Source: Sedimentisphaeraceae bacterium JB056 (GTDB lineage Bacteria > Planctomycetota > Phycisphaerae > Sedimentisphaerales > Sedimentisphaeraceae). From it: a stretch of 24,227 nucleotides of DNA. The first letter of the stretch is position 1. Each line of letters opens with the position of its first letter. Below the pieces are notes generated by a model, which did not search any database, had not been told where the DNA came from, and was given only the letters and a program-made list of their open reading frames with translations. Shown here piece after piece: positions 1-7,905 of the stretch. The stretch is taken from contig JBITAJ010000026.1 of assembly GCA_044440125.1 (NCBI GenBank), positions 1 through 24,227 of the forward strand, written 5' to 3'. The position numbers and the translations under genes were made by a program.

Positions 1-193
1 CAACAGCGGCAAGCAGAGAGTTCCAGATGGCACGAATGGGATAATCGTTACGTCCGTTTCCGCGATGCTTCTCAAGGGTACGCATTAGCTTCTCATCAGG
101 AATATAACTGAGTAAAAGCTTAAATCTTTCTAAATCTCCGATATTATCGAAGTTTTTCCATGAAAATATGTTTTTGTTCTGTATAATAGCCAT
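1..193 (-). CDS. IS transposase, N-terminal part (DUF772/InsH-N-like, IS5/IS1182-like); runs off the left edge
   Basis: Not in the ORF track. Manual translation from ATG 193 gives MAIIQNKNIFSWKNFDNIGDLERFKLLLSYIPDEKLMRTLEKHRGNGRNDYPIRAIWNSLLAAV; the GDLER..L...PDE.L...L...RG.GR.DYP.RA.WNS.LA pattern is typical of these transposases. Confidence 0.8.
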   Translation of the reverse strand, partial: MAIIQNKNIFSWKNFDNIGDLERFKLLLSYIPDEKLMRTLEKHRGNGRNDYPIRAIWNSLLAAV

Positions 194-420
194 ATGGGTA
201 GTTTGGGTACAAGTTGTTGTATTTTAAGTGTTTACATTATACTTGAATCCGCTAAAACTACCCTGTTTTTTTGGGAGAAAATCAATAAAAATTCACCTTA
301 TTTTAACATGAAATAAAGGCTTACAGCAATATTTTGGGGTAAAGTTTTTTGACCACCACCATAAATGCTTTAAAGTAAAGAACTTCAATACAAACTGAAT
401 GGCTCAATTGGAGGTTTGTT
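1..420 (-). mobile_element. Insertion sequence end (transposase 5' part plus AT-rich upstream region); boundary approximate
   Basis: Transposase start at 193; terminal IR cannot be defined without the other end. Confidence 0.55.
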
Positions 421-440
421 CACTCAACTGCAAAACCCAT

Positions 441-487
441 TAAATTAAAATGCCCGAGTCCACCGAATAACACGGTGCTCGGGCATC
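441..487 (-). terminator. Rho-independent terminator after the DUF6900-like gene
   Basis: ATGCCCGAG-tc-CACCG...CGGTG-CTCGGGCAT hairpin, followed on the minus strand by TTTAATTTA. Confidence 0.7.
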
Positions 488-520
488 TGAAAGTTTTAAA
501 GAGCATTGTTTGCTGTAAGG

Positions 521-718
521 TTATTTTTTACTCTTCTTTCCCTCTTCAAGACCTGCTTTATAGGCTTGGGTTAGTGCTTCTTTTATGCACCAGACTGCCT
601 GCTCCTGAAAATCATCGCCGCATTTTTGTGTCTCGAGTGTATCTAAAAAGAGGTTTTCTTTAGCGATTTTGCTTAGGATTCTGTCCATTTTGCTTTGGCG
701 TTTTGTTGTTGTTTTCAT
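521..718 (-). CDS. DUF6900-like small prophage protein
   Basis: IAKENLFLDTLETQ...DF.E.AVWCIKEAL..AY.AG motif; AAAGGGA SD-like sequence upstream. Confidence 0.75.
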   Translation of the reverse strand: MKTTTKRQSKMDRILSKIAKENLFLDTLETQKCGDDFQEQAVWCIKEALTQAYKAGLEEGKKSKK

Positions 719-740
719 CTCTAATCCCTTTGTTTATAAG

Positions 741-825
741 TATTTAACTCGTTTACTACAGTAGCTATAATACATAATAACGGACATCTAATCCAGTTAA
801 TAACTCCTTATTTTGCAAGTATTTA
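741..825 (-). promoter_or_regulatory. Class A promoter-like element upstream of the DUF6900-like gene
   Basis: Shares TAAATwCTTGCA, TTATTrACTkGAT, TTATGkATT and AACGAGkTAAATA blocks with 18860-18954. Confidence 0.55.
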
Positions 826-831
826 GAGATT

Positions 832-2220
832 TTATTCAAGTTCTTGAAGATACTGGAGCTTAACATAATCCTCGATTTGTTCATCTGTAGATGCATCGAA
901 ATATTCATTCCAAAGACTTCCGTAAGGACAGTGTCCTTCGGTAATATCGTCTAACCCACTTACATCGTAATCTCGAAGTCCCTGCCAGATTTGGATGTAG
1001 TAAAAAGGACGCTCTGAATCCGATTTGAACTTTTCAAGATTATAGTCGGCTTGAATACATTTATAGCTGCGGTAGTTCTCACTACCGTCGGTTATTTCTT
1101 CTACGATAATATCACCGGGATTGTAAACGATATTGTATGGGGCAGTTGGAAGCTGGGAATCCCAAGTCCCTGTTTTGATTGGTATCTTATAGTAAAGTAC
1201 CTTGTGGTCAAGTTTGCAGAAGCCCTGGAATTCTCTGGCTGCAATCAGATCTCCCTGCTTGTAAATACACGAGCGGGCAGGCTCTATTAATTTACCGACT
1301 AAGATGGCGATAGGAGTCCAGGCAATGTTGGACTGGCTGCTATCACTTTGGGTAAAGGCGACACTTTTAATCGGCTTTGAGTATTCAAAGAAGCTTTTAT
1401 CATCACCTTCATGATTCCAGTATTCACGGTAGTATCTGGGGCCGACTATTCTGTAATCATAGCTATGGTCATTATCGATATAATTGCTCAGCGTCAAAGC
1501 CGGTTTCACAGAATTTTGATGCTCTGTGAAATTTCCATCGGCATCGTATGGCCATAGAGTTAGTTGCACAGATGCAGAGTTCAGATACGATATAGGATAC
1601 CCCTCGTAGTCATGGGTGAAGACACTTTTCTTGATCTCAGCCTGCAACTGAAGCCGGTAGCTTAAATACCTAAAGTCATTACCGTCATCTCTCTTGAAAG
1701 CCTGCATATAGCCTAATATCTTTGGGTTGCCAGCCGAATCCTCATCCCTAAGACAATACATCTTTTGATCGACATGGGCATAAGCTCTGCTTGGCATGTA
1801 TGCTTCCCTTTGACCGGCTGTATAGTTATAAGCTATAAGAGGCACGCTTTTGAGCCAGAAAGACTCATTGAATACATGTCCATTGTCAAAATATATCTGC
1901 CTTGCAGATGTCTGCTGATCGGTGTGAGCAGGATAACTCTGGCTACTGCTTTGATCAAGCCATACCTCGTTTTGCTGAACAACGTTAGTACCGTTGCTGC
2001 TGAAGCCGCTGTTTATAACCGGCTCCGCTGCTCCGACAAGGAGAAAACCGTAGTAAGGCATATCGGGAAACATGCTGATAAGAGGTTTTACCTTCCCATC
2101 AGGCATCTTTTTAGCAATCGCTGCAAATGGTTTGTTGACGCTGCTTGTCCTAAGCGTGCCATCGGGAAGTGTATATCGCTTACCTGCCGGTTTCAAAAAA
2201 CTGATATTTCGATCTACCAT
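832..2220 (-). CDS. Putative tail-tip/receptor-binding protein with a C-terminal CBM5/12-like segment
   Basis: Last gene of the tail operon, coupled to 2214-3038; motif TWDSQ...YNPGDII...YKCIQA. Confidence 0.5.
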   Translation of the reverse strand: MVDRNISFLKPAGKRYTLPDGTLRTSSVNKPFAAIAKKMPDGKVKPLISMFPDMPYYGFLLVGAAEPVINSGFSSNGTNVVQQNEVWLDQSSSQSYPAHTDQQTSARQIYFDNGHVFNESFWLKSVPLIAYNYTAGQREAYMPSRAYAHVDQKMYCLRDEDSAGNPKILGYMQAFKRDDGNDFRYLSYRLQLQAEIKKSVFTHDYEGYPISYLNSASVQLTLWPYDADGNFTEHQNSVKPALTLSNYIDNDHSYDYRIVGPRYYREYWNHEGDDKSFFEYSKPIKSVAFTQSDSSQSNIAWTPIAILVGKLIEPARSCIYKQGDLIAAREFQGFCKLDHKVLYYKIPIKTGTWDSQLPTAPYNIVYNPGDIIVEEITDGSENYRSYKCIQADYNLEKFKSDSERPFYYIQIWQGLRDYDVSGLDDITEGHCPYGSLWNEYFDASTDEQIEDYVKLQYLQELE

Positions 2221-3038
2221 ATCGCTTGCTCATGATCTATAAACTCAATAAATATCCATACGCAGTAAAACTCATCTGCAATCTTCACAAACATTACCGC
2301 ATCACCATCACCTAAAAACGGCATGCAGTTTTTGAGCTTACTGTCGCCGTTTATAATGCATTTAACCGGTAATTCATGCCTCTGCCAGCTTGAATTGCCT
2401 TCTCTGGGAAAATGGCCTTCATAAACCTTCCAGTTATCACTATCCTCTGGCGGAGATGGAACCTGCCACGAATCATACTCCGGCGTCCCCGGCTCATACG
2501 GATTAACCGGATAAGAATATCCAACTTTTGCCTGAAAGCCGGTAGGAACCTCGCCGCAGTTAACCTTGTCATACGCGGCATAATCGCTTTTTTGACTGTC
2601 CCAACTATCAAAACTTAAGGGCTCGTAAACATAAACTTCACTGGCCGTCCAGTTAAAGGCCTGCTGAGTATCAGGACTCTTGTAATAGACTACCTCGCCA
2701 GAGGAGTAGATTTTATCGGGTAACCAGTCATCGGCTATTCGGATTCCCTCCGGCATATAAACTTTAATCTCATCAGTCTCATTATTTTCACTTCCACCAC
2801 CAGGAGCGACAGTGCCTATCATCAGGAAGTTCTCAAGAACCTGCTGCGAATTTTTACCCGGCTGACGAACGCAGCGAAGAACGGCAGGCAGGTTGAGTAC
2901 AACAGATTTGCCTGCAGGCGTGGTTCTGATATTAATGAAGCTATCGCCTGTAAGTTTTAGACCGTTCTCAATCTGAGAAAGCTGATGATTGGCCTTAGGC
3001 AAAAACCCTGAAGGTCCGCTTGTCCATCTCTCTATCAT
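2214..3038 (-). CDS. Putative minor tail protein with Trp/Tyr-rich CBM5/12-like segments
   Basis: ATGA overlap with the upstream gene; DDWLPDKIYSSGEVVYY and DSWDSQKSDYAAYDKV...PPEDSDNW. Confidence 0.5.
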   Translation of the reverse strand: MIERWTSGPSGFLPKANHQLSQIENGLKLTGDSFINIRTTPAGKSVVLNLPAVLRCVRQPGKNSQQVLENFLMIGTVAPGGGSENNETDEIKVYMPEGIRIADDWLPDKIYSSGEVVYYKSPDTQQAFNWTASEVYVYEPLSFDSWDSQKSDYAAYDKVNCGEVPTGFQAKVGYSYPVNPYEPGTPEYDSWQVPSPPEDSDNWKVYEGHFPREGNSSWQRHELPVKCIINGDSKLKNCMPFLGDGDAVMFVKIADEFYCVWIFIEFIDHEQAIW

Positions 3039-3802
3039 ACATCAAGTCCTGTAAAATCCACTGACTCATAAAGTTGTGGAACTGAAGTATATGGATTACC
3101 TGAGCCATCCTGACCGATATTACCGCTGGTTCCCTTGCCGTTTGCCTCATCTTCACTGTCGCAGACATAATACAACACAGGCATCCAGCCGTTAGCCTTG
3201 TACTGGCAGCTGATCGTAACATCGAATCTGCCCAGATCATTTTCGCTATAGCTGTACTGGGTGCACATCCATGTCCCTGCATTTCCTCCTCGCCAGAGAG
3301 AAGAATTAATCTTGCCAAGATAGGTATCGATCAAGACATCTGATGGAGCAGTCTCAACTTCATAGGTAATCTGGATAGTCTTTTGAGGCATAAAAGTAGG
3401 TACGCCGCCTTGGGGATAATCTTTTTTGCCGTCGATACCGACAACATAAATATCGGCACCGTTTTTATCCTTGCCGGTGTTCTCCTGATAAAGATTTGAG
3501 CTGACAGATACCCGCTTTGTTTTTAGCGGCACATCGTCGTTGTTCTGTGAATCAGGCTTCTTATAGCTGACGATTACCTTGAAGGTCGTCTCGTTGAGCC
3601 GCTCCTCGATATTAATGCTTTCTTTAAGCATGCCAAGAAGCCAAGTATCGGAGGCTTCGTGAACAGCTGCGATAGCGGCATTCTCATCCTCGCCGTCAAA
3701 CACAAAATACGGCACATCAGCTGATGTGCTTACGCCATAGACATTGGCAACCTGAGTTCTGTCAAAGAAGCCTTGTTCTACTTTGGGAACTAATTCACTC
3801 AT
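3035..3802 (-). CDS. Putative distal tail/tail-tip protein
   Basis: Immediately after the tape measure gene; beta-rich 255 aa; positional call. Confidence 0.45.
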   Translation of the reverse strand: MSELVPKVEQGFFDRTQVANVYGVSTSADVPYFVFDGEDENAAIAAVHEASDTWLLGMLKESINIEERLNETTFKVIVSYKKPDSQNNDDVPLKTKRVSVSSNLYQENTGKDKNGADIYVVGIDGKKDYPQGGVPTFMPQKTIQITYEVETAPSDVLIDTYLGKINSSLWRGGNAGTWMCTQYSYSENDLGRFDVTISCQYKANGWMPVLYYVCDSEDEANGKGTSGNIGQDGSGNPYTSVPQLYESVDFTGLDV

Positions 3803-3819
3803 AATTTTTCTTTACCTGC

Positions 3820-5712
3820 TCACCTAAACACAGATGTTGTATTACCTTCCAATTTACGATTCGTCTTTTTCTGCTGTCTGACCATCTCGGCGGTGTTCTC
3901 TGCGATTGATGCTTCTTTATTGGGGATAATAGTAAGCAGCCGATTTGATACCAGGGCATCGTTATTGCCGCCGGTTAGACTGGTCGCCATATCCATTGCA
4001 GGAAGCCCAGAGTTTTTTATAGCCTCGATCTTGGAAGCATCTTTTTCACTCGATGCTCTTTTCTGCTTGGCCTCCGCAGATGCGGCCTCTAAATCCTTCT
4101 TCGCCTGCTCAAGCTGATGTGCAACCTCTGCAATATCACGTGCCGCCTGCTGTTGGTGTTTTACCTTCTGCTGCTCTCTGAGTGCTTCTCTGCCGCTTTG
4201 ACCCATCCGCTTCTGGCGGTTAAGCTCATCAAGTTGGCGTTTTTGCTGGCTTTCCAAATCCTTAAAATCATCGCTGTATGAATCGTTGACTGCTTTTTTC
4301 AGAGCATCGGCATCGATGTTCGGGTCAAACGCCGCCCAGATTTCAGCAAAATGGTTTGCAAAGAACTGCTGCACCTTCTTAAACGCCTTCTGGATCCGAT
4401 GGAAGGATTTTAATATCGGCTCTGCTATATCATACTTGATAGCAATCTCTTTCATCGAGAACCATATATCCTCCCATACGCCAAGCAGCTTTGAGCGGAG
4501 ACTAAACCAGATTGCTTTAACTCTCGACGCTCCCTCCAAAAACGCCGCCTTTATGCCAAGCCAGGCTATCTTTGCCGCCAGCGATAAATCACCACTGACA
4601 AGAGCATCCTTTATGCCGCCAAGAGTTGTAAAGGCTATTTCCTTTAAGTGTGCAAACATAGCAGATAATGATCCAATCGCCGCTTTGCCTTTCTCACTGG
4701 TTAAAACCAGATAGCCGCTGACTGCGATTAGCCCTGCGGTAATCAACGCAAGCGGACTTGCAAGAAGCGAGACGGCAGTGGCTAAGGCTCCAAAGATAGA
4801 CGACGCCGTCTTTATAACCGTAATAATCCCGCCGACTGCCGAGGCAAGGCCGGATATTATGCCACCGGCGGCGACAAGAGCCGCTCCAACGCCTGCCGTT
4901 ATCGCTATAATCTTAGCAATAGAAAGAATAAGCGATTTATTCTCCTTTATCACCTTGCCTGTCTTGACGGCGAAATCAGTTATTTTCTTGGCTGCCTTCG
5001 TCAAAGCATCGGCCAGAGCAGAGCCTACGTTAAAAGCCAACGCTCCCACAGATCTCTTAACCCTGTTGACAGCATCGGTCAGCTCGGCGGCGGAGGCGGC
5101 TTGGTCGGAGTCGATCACAAGACCAAGCTCTTTAGCTTCCTGTTTTAACGCCTCGAGATTATCGAGCATCGGTAAAAGAGAGGTTCCGCTTCTGCCGAAT
5201 ATCTCCATAGCAACCGCTGCCTTTTTCGAGGGGTCTTCGATTTTATTCAGCGACTTTGCTATCAAGTCAAACTGCTGATCTGTGCTAAGCCCCTTTAATG
5301 AATCAGCAGAGAGTCCAAGCTTATCAAGTGCTCTGGTATATGTGCTTAATCCGTCCCCTGCATACTCGATAGTCCTCTGCATGCGGCGGATACCGTTCTC
5401 CAGTTGCTCCATATTGGAACCGGATTGCTCGGCGGCAAAGCCAAGGGCAGATAGACTCTCGGCACTCATGCCGGTTCGCTTGCTGCTCTTATCAATCGAG
5501 TCGCCAAAAGAGGCGAACCTTTTAGCCGCCGCCAGAAGTGGTGCTCCCGCTGCCGCGGCACCGGCACTGATAAGGCTGCCAATCTTAGCAGTCCCTGCTC
5601 CAAAGGCCTTGAGCTTTGCCTGAGCAGATTTGAGTCCTCGAAGGAACCTTGAGTTCTCAACATAGAGCTGCACATAAGCGGCTCCGGCTTTTATATCATT
5701 GCTCCCGCTCAT
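3820..5712 (-). CDS. Tail tape measure protein
   Basis: 630 aa Ala/Gly-rich helical protein; AGAAYV start, A.EIFGRSG..LLP motif, hydrophobic middle region. Confidence 0.92.
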   Translation of the reverse strand: MSGSNDIKAGAAYVQLYVENSRFLRGLKSAQAKLKAFGAGTAKIGSLISAGAAAAGAPLLAAAKRFASFGDSIDKSSKRTGMSAESLSALGFAAEQSGSNMEQLENGIRRMQRTIEYAGDGLSTYTRALDKLGLSADSLKGLSTDQQFDLIAKSLNKIEDPSKKAAVAMEIFGRSGTSLLPMLDNLEALKQEAKELGLVIDSDQAASAAELTDAVNRVKRSVGALAFNVGSALADALTKAAKKITDFAVKTGKVIKENKSLILSIAKIIAITAGVGAALVAAGGIISGLASAVGGIITVIKTASSIFGALATAVSLLASPLALITAGLIAVSGYLVLTSEKGKAAIGSLSAMFAHLKEIAFTTLGGIKDALVSGDLSLAAKIAWLGIKAAFLEGASRVKAIWFSLRSKLLGVWEDIWFSMKEIAIKYDIAEPILKSFHRIQKAFKKVQQFFANHFAEIWAAFDPNIDADALKKAVNDSYSDDFKDLESQQKRQLDELNRQKRMGQSGREALREQQKVKHQQQAARDIAEVAHQLEQAKKDLEAASAEAKQKRASSEKDASKIEAIKNSGLPAMDMATSLTGGNNDALVSNRLLTIIPNKEASIAENTAEMVRQQKKTNRKLEGNTTSVFR

Positions 5713-6069
5713 TTAATTATCTTCCTCGGTAAATGGCAAGGCATACCAACCGGCAGGAATATCAATTTTGCCGGCAACCGGGTTGCCATCAGCATCGAGC
5801 GTCCAGACCTTTGCGTTTTTTATTGTTTCTCTGATCCTTACAGGCTCACCGCTGGTAATATAGACAGTTTTAGTAGAAACGCATCCGGCTAAAAAGACAC
5901 ACACTAAAAGAGGCAAAGCAACCTTACCCCAGTTTTGGTCGATTCTTTGATTGAGTTTCTTTTTAAGATCAGTTTGCTTCTTCGCATCTTCGAAGCTATC
6001 CTTGCGGTTTATCATCGCAGGCAAAATAGCCTGCAGCACAGCCACAAGTATTTGAATGAGTATTGTCAT
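5713..6069 (-). CDS. Membrane lipoprotein, spanin-like (N-terminal hydrophobic helix plus internal LAGC lipobox at Cys63)
   Basis: Start reassigned to ATG 6069 after a GAAAGG SD (118 aa); lies next to the holin-like gene. Confidence 0.5.
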   Translation of the reverse strand: MTILIQILVAVLQAILPAMINRKDSFEDAKKQTDLKKKLNQRIDQNWGKVALPLLVCVFLAGCVSTKTVYITSGEPVRIRETIKNAKVWTLDADGNPVAGKIDIPAGWYALPFTEEDN

Positions 6070-6073
6070 ATAT

Positions 6074-6190
6074 AAACCTTTCAGGTAAAGACATGAGCCA
6101 CAAGGCAACAGGCACAAGTGACTCATGTCTGTTAATGAAATTTACAAATAAGCGTCAGCACTATTGCCTTATGCCAAGTGCCTTTTGCCT
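6074..6190 (-). repeat. Composite intergenic leader: TGCC heptamer array, 12-bp hairpin (6090-6129), ACCTGAAAGGT RBS hairpin
   Basis: 6152-6190 matches 7865-7903 at 34/39 nt; 6073-6106 resembles 6518-6550. Confidence 0.8.
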
Positions 6191-6515
6191 ATTTAGTTAG
6201 ATTGCCGCTTTGTTCCTGCTCGGCGTGGATGATCTCGATACCGTTTATAACATCAGCATCGCTCGTCTTGATCTTGTATTCGGCAAGAACCTTGTTGACG
6301 TATTTGAGTGCCGTATCGAGCCGCCTGACGCTTTTATTCTTGCTATCATCTGGAACCGCTTTTTCAGCCATCTTCACGGCCTGCGTAAAGAGTCCTTCAT
6401 ACTGCCGCCAGACAGGCTTCTTCGCGTAGACCTTGTTGAGTGCAAAAACAAGCAAACATGCCATGGCCGCAATGGCTGCCGGTGAATTGAGAATTGTCCA
6501 TACTGTTTCTAACAT
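6189..6515 (-). CDS. Putative holin (LL-H-like: one N-terminal TM plus soluble helical domain)
   Basis: TM AAIAAMACLLVFAL, then QAVKMAEK...ALKYVNKVL...INGIE. Confidence 0.55.
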   Translation of the reverse strand: MLETVWTILNSPAAIAAMACLLVFALNKVYAKKPVWRQYEGLFTQAVKMAEKAVPDDSKNKSVRRLDTALKYVNKVLAEYKIKTSDADVINGIEIIHAEQEQSGNLTK

Positions 6516-6517
6516 AG

Positions 6518-6560
6518 TAAACCTTTCAGCTTAGGCATGAGCCACGAGGCTTGCCGTTAA
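6518..6560 (-). repeat. Short copy of the intergenic leader (hairpin plus CTGAAAGGTTT SD)
   Basis: AAACCTTTCAGcttagGCATGAGCCACgAGGC versus AAACCTTTCAGgtaaaGACATGAGCCACaAGGC at 6074. Confidence 0.7.
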
Positions 6561-6587
6561 TAATTTTAAACTGTCAATTCTCCAGTA

Positions 6588-7004
6588 TCAATTGACAAAT
6601 ACGTCTTTTAATATTCTTAAATCCTTGCCCTTTAAGATGGGCTTTTTCTTTTGCTCATGCTTGTAGGGATTGAAGTCATCTGGAGTAAATGCTCTTTGTT
6701 TTTTGGGGTCTCTGTTAATGTTAGCCAAAAGAGCAAGCACAGTTGAAGTGTGCTGCCAGCTATCCTTGCTCTTAGCCTCTGCCATCCAGAGAAGCTCCCT
6801 AAGCGTAAACTCGTTTGGGTTTATCCCGGCGATGGCAGCGAGCTCGTAGCAGAGTCGAAAGAGTCTTTGAGTATTTTCTCTATCTGCCCGTCCAGCTCCG
6901 GAGCTTCGAGTTTCTTTGTCGCAAGATCTGCCGCGAGTGTCTCGGCCATCTTCACCTTGGTGAGTATCTTGGCCAGCACCACTCGCTTTTGCTTCGGGAA
7001 AAAA
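6588..7004 (-). CDS. Tail assembly chaperone gpT-like portion, -1 frame of 6821-7288
   Basis: The -1 frame is stop-free from the slippery T TTT TTC (7004-6998) to the stop at 6588 and includes ELAAIAGINPNEFTLRELLWMAEAK...NINRDPKKQRAFTPDDFNPY. Confidence 0.7.
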   Translation of the reverse strand, partial: FFPEAKASGAGQDTHQGEDGRDTRGRSCDKETRSSGAGRADRENTQRLFRLCYELAAIAGINPNEFTLRELLWMAEAKSKDSWQHTSTVLALLANINRDPKKQRAFTPDDFNPYKHEQKKKPILKGKDLRILKDVFVN

Positions 7005-7288
7005 TCGACAAGTTCCTCCAAAAACGCTGAGGTCGCGTTATCGAGTGAATCGCCGCCAAGCCTTGCTCCAAAATCCTCGTCGCTTATCGATTCGGCCTCC
7101 GCTTCATTTTTGCAAAGAACATAAAGGCAGTCGCACAGCAGTATCGGGTCTTCCGAGAGTCGCTCAAGCAGATCGCGGCCCGCCGCGTCCAGCAGATTGA
7201 TATCCTGTAAATCCTTGAGCCGCTTCACCGCGGCAACGTTGATCGTTATACTCCAGCTCTTGCCGGTGTTGTCAGTGAATGTTTTCAT
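6821..7288 (-). CDS. Tail assembly chaperone (gpG-like)
   Basis: Follows the tail tube gene; acidic helical 155 aa with LVDFFP; TAAAGGA SD. Confidence 0.8.
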   Translation of the reverse strand: MKTFTDNTGKSWSITINVAAVKRLKDLQDINLLDAAGRDLLERLSEDPILLCDCLYVLCKNEAEAESISDEDFGARLGGDSLDNATSAFLEELVDFFPKQKRVVLAKILTKVKMAETLAADLATKKLEAPELDGQIEKILKDSFDSATSSLPSPG

Positions 7289-7326
7289 GGAATTTTTCCT
7301 TTATTAAAATTTTAGGTCGAGAGTAA

Positions 7327-7390
7327 AACCACTAATCGACATTAATCTGCACTAATTCTTTTTAGTGTGAATCAGTGAAGATTAGTGGTT
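7327..7390. repeat. Imperfect palindrome of 3+3 decamer units (nnnCACTAAT / ATTAGTGnnn)
   Basis: AACCACTAAT CGACATTAAT CTGCACTAAT tctt TTTAGTGTGA ATCAGTGAAG ATTAGTGGTT. Confidence 0.85.
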
Positions 7391-7395
7391 CATTA

Positions 7396-7827
7396 TCAAG
7401 TCTGAGGTGTCGGTTCAACCCACGCAGGTGCTCTGGTCGAGTAGGTAGGCTTGGCCGTTACAGAAACGCTCAGGGCGTCTTCAAGTGGCTCGTTGCGTGA
7501 AAAGTTGGTTATAGAGAAGTCCGCATCGAGACCTTCACCGTTCTCACCATCGAGTATGGCCAGTGATAAGGGCGAGTTTGTAAAATACGCCGTTTTTATC
7601 GCGGCAAATCCGGCATCGTCTGAATCCCATATCATCTCGAACTCCACGCTGCCGTCTTTGAGCGTGGCTATAGTAGCCCGCCAGCCCTGGTTACCCCGCG
7701 TCGTGACGTCGGCTTGCCCGGTTTCAAGGTTTAGTGTGAGGTCTTTGATGTTTGTAAGCTCAGTCGTCGCCGTCGCTCCGGCTTCTCCGTAGTAAGCTTT
7801 TGCATCCATTCCAAGTTTTATCGCCAT
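7396..7827 (-). CDS. Major tail tube protein
   Basis: ELTNIKDLTLNLETGQADVTTR...W...IATLKDGSVEFEM; 143 aa; upstream of the chaperones. Confidence 0.85.
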   Translation of the reverse strand: MAIKLGMDAKAYYGEAGATATTELTNIKDLTLNLETGQADVTTRGNQGWRATIATLKDGSVEFEMIWDSDDAGFAAIKTAYFTNSPLSLAILDGENGEGLDADFSITNFSRNEPLEDALSVSVTAKPTYSTRAPAWVEPTPQT

Positions 7828-7830
7828 TGT

Positions 7831-7903
7831 AAAAACCTTTCAGGTTTAGTATTATCTTCAATCTGCGTCAGCACTCATACCTTTTGCCAAGTGCCTCTTG
7901 CCT
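7831..7903 (-). repeat. Copy of the intergenic leader (heptamer array plus AAACCTGAAAGGTTT RBS hairpin) before the tube gene
   Basis: 34/39 identity to 6152-6190; perfect AAACCT/AGGTTT stem at 7833-7847. Confidence 0.8.
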
Positions 7904-7905
7904 TC

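Noticed and set aside
395..430. IS terminal inverted repeat or att core near GGCTCAATTGG
   Set aside because: Cannot be defined without the partner end, which is outside the window.
475..663. 62-aa plus-strand ORF
   Set aside because: Antisense to the DUF6900-like gene and starts inside its terminator hairpin.
3893..5623. Plus-strand ORFs antisense to the tape measure gene (and similar ones opposite capsid, tube, terminase and helicase)
   Set aside because: Shadow ORFs of strongly supported minus-strand genes, with no recognisable motifs.
6070..6126. Longer start for the spanin-like ORF (MSHLCLLPCGSC...)
   Set aside because: The extension is a translation of the hairpin repeat; the SD supports ATG 6069.
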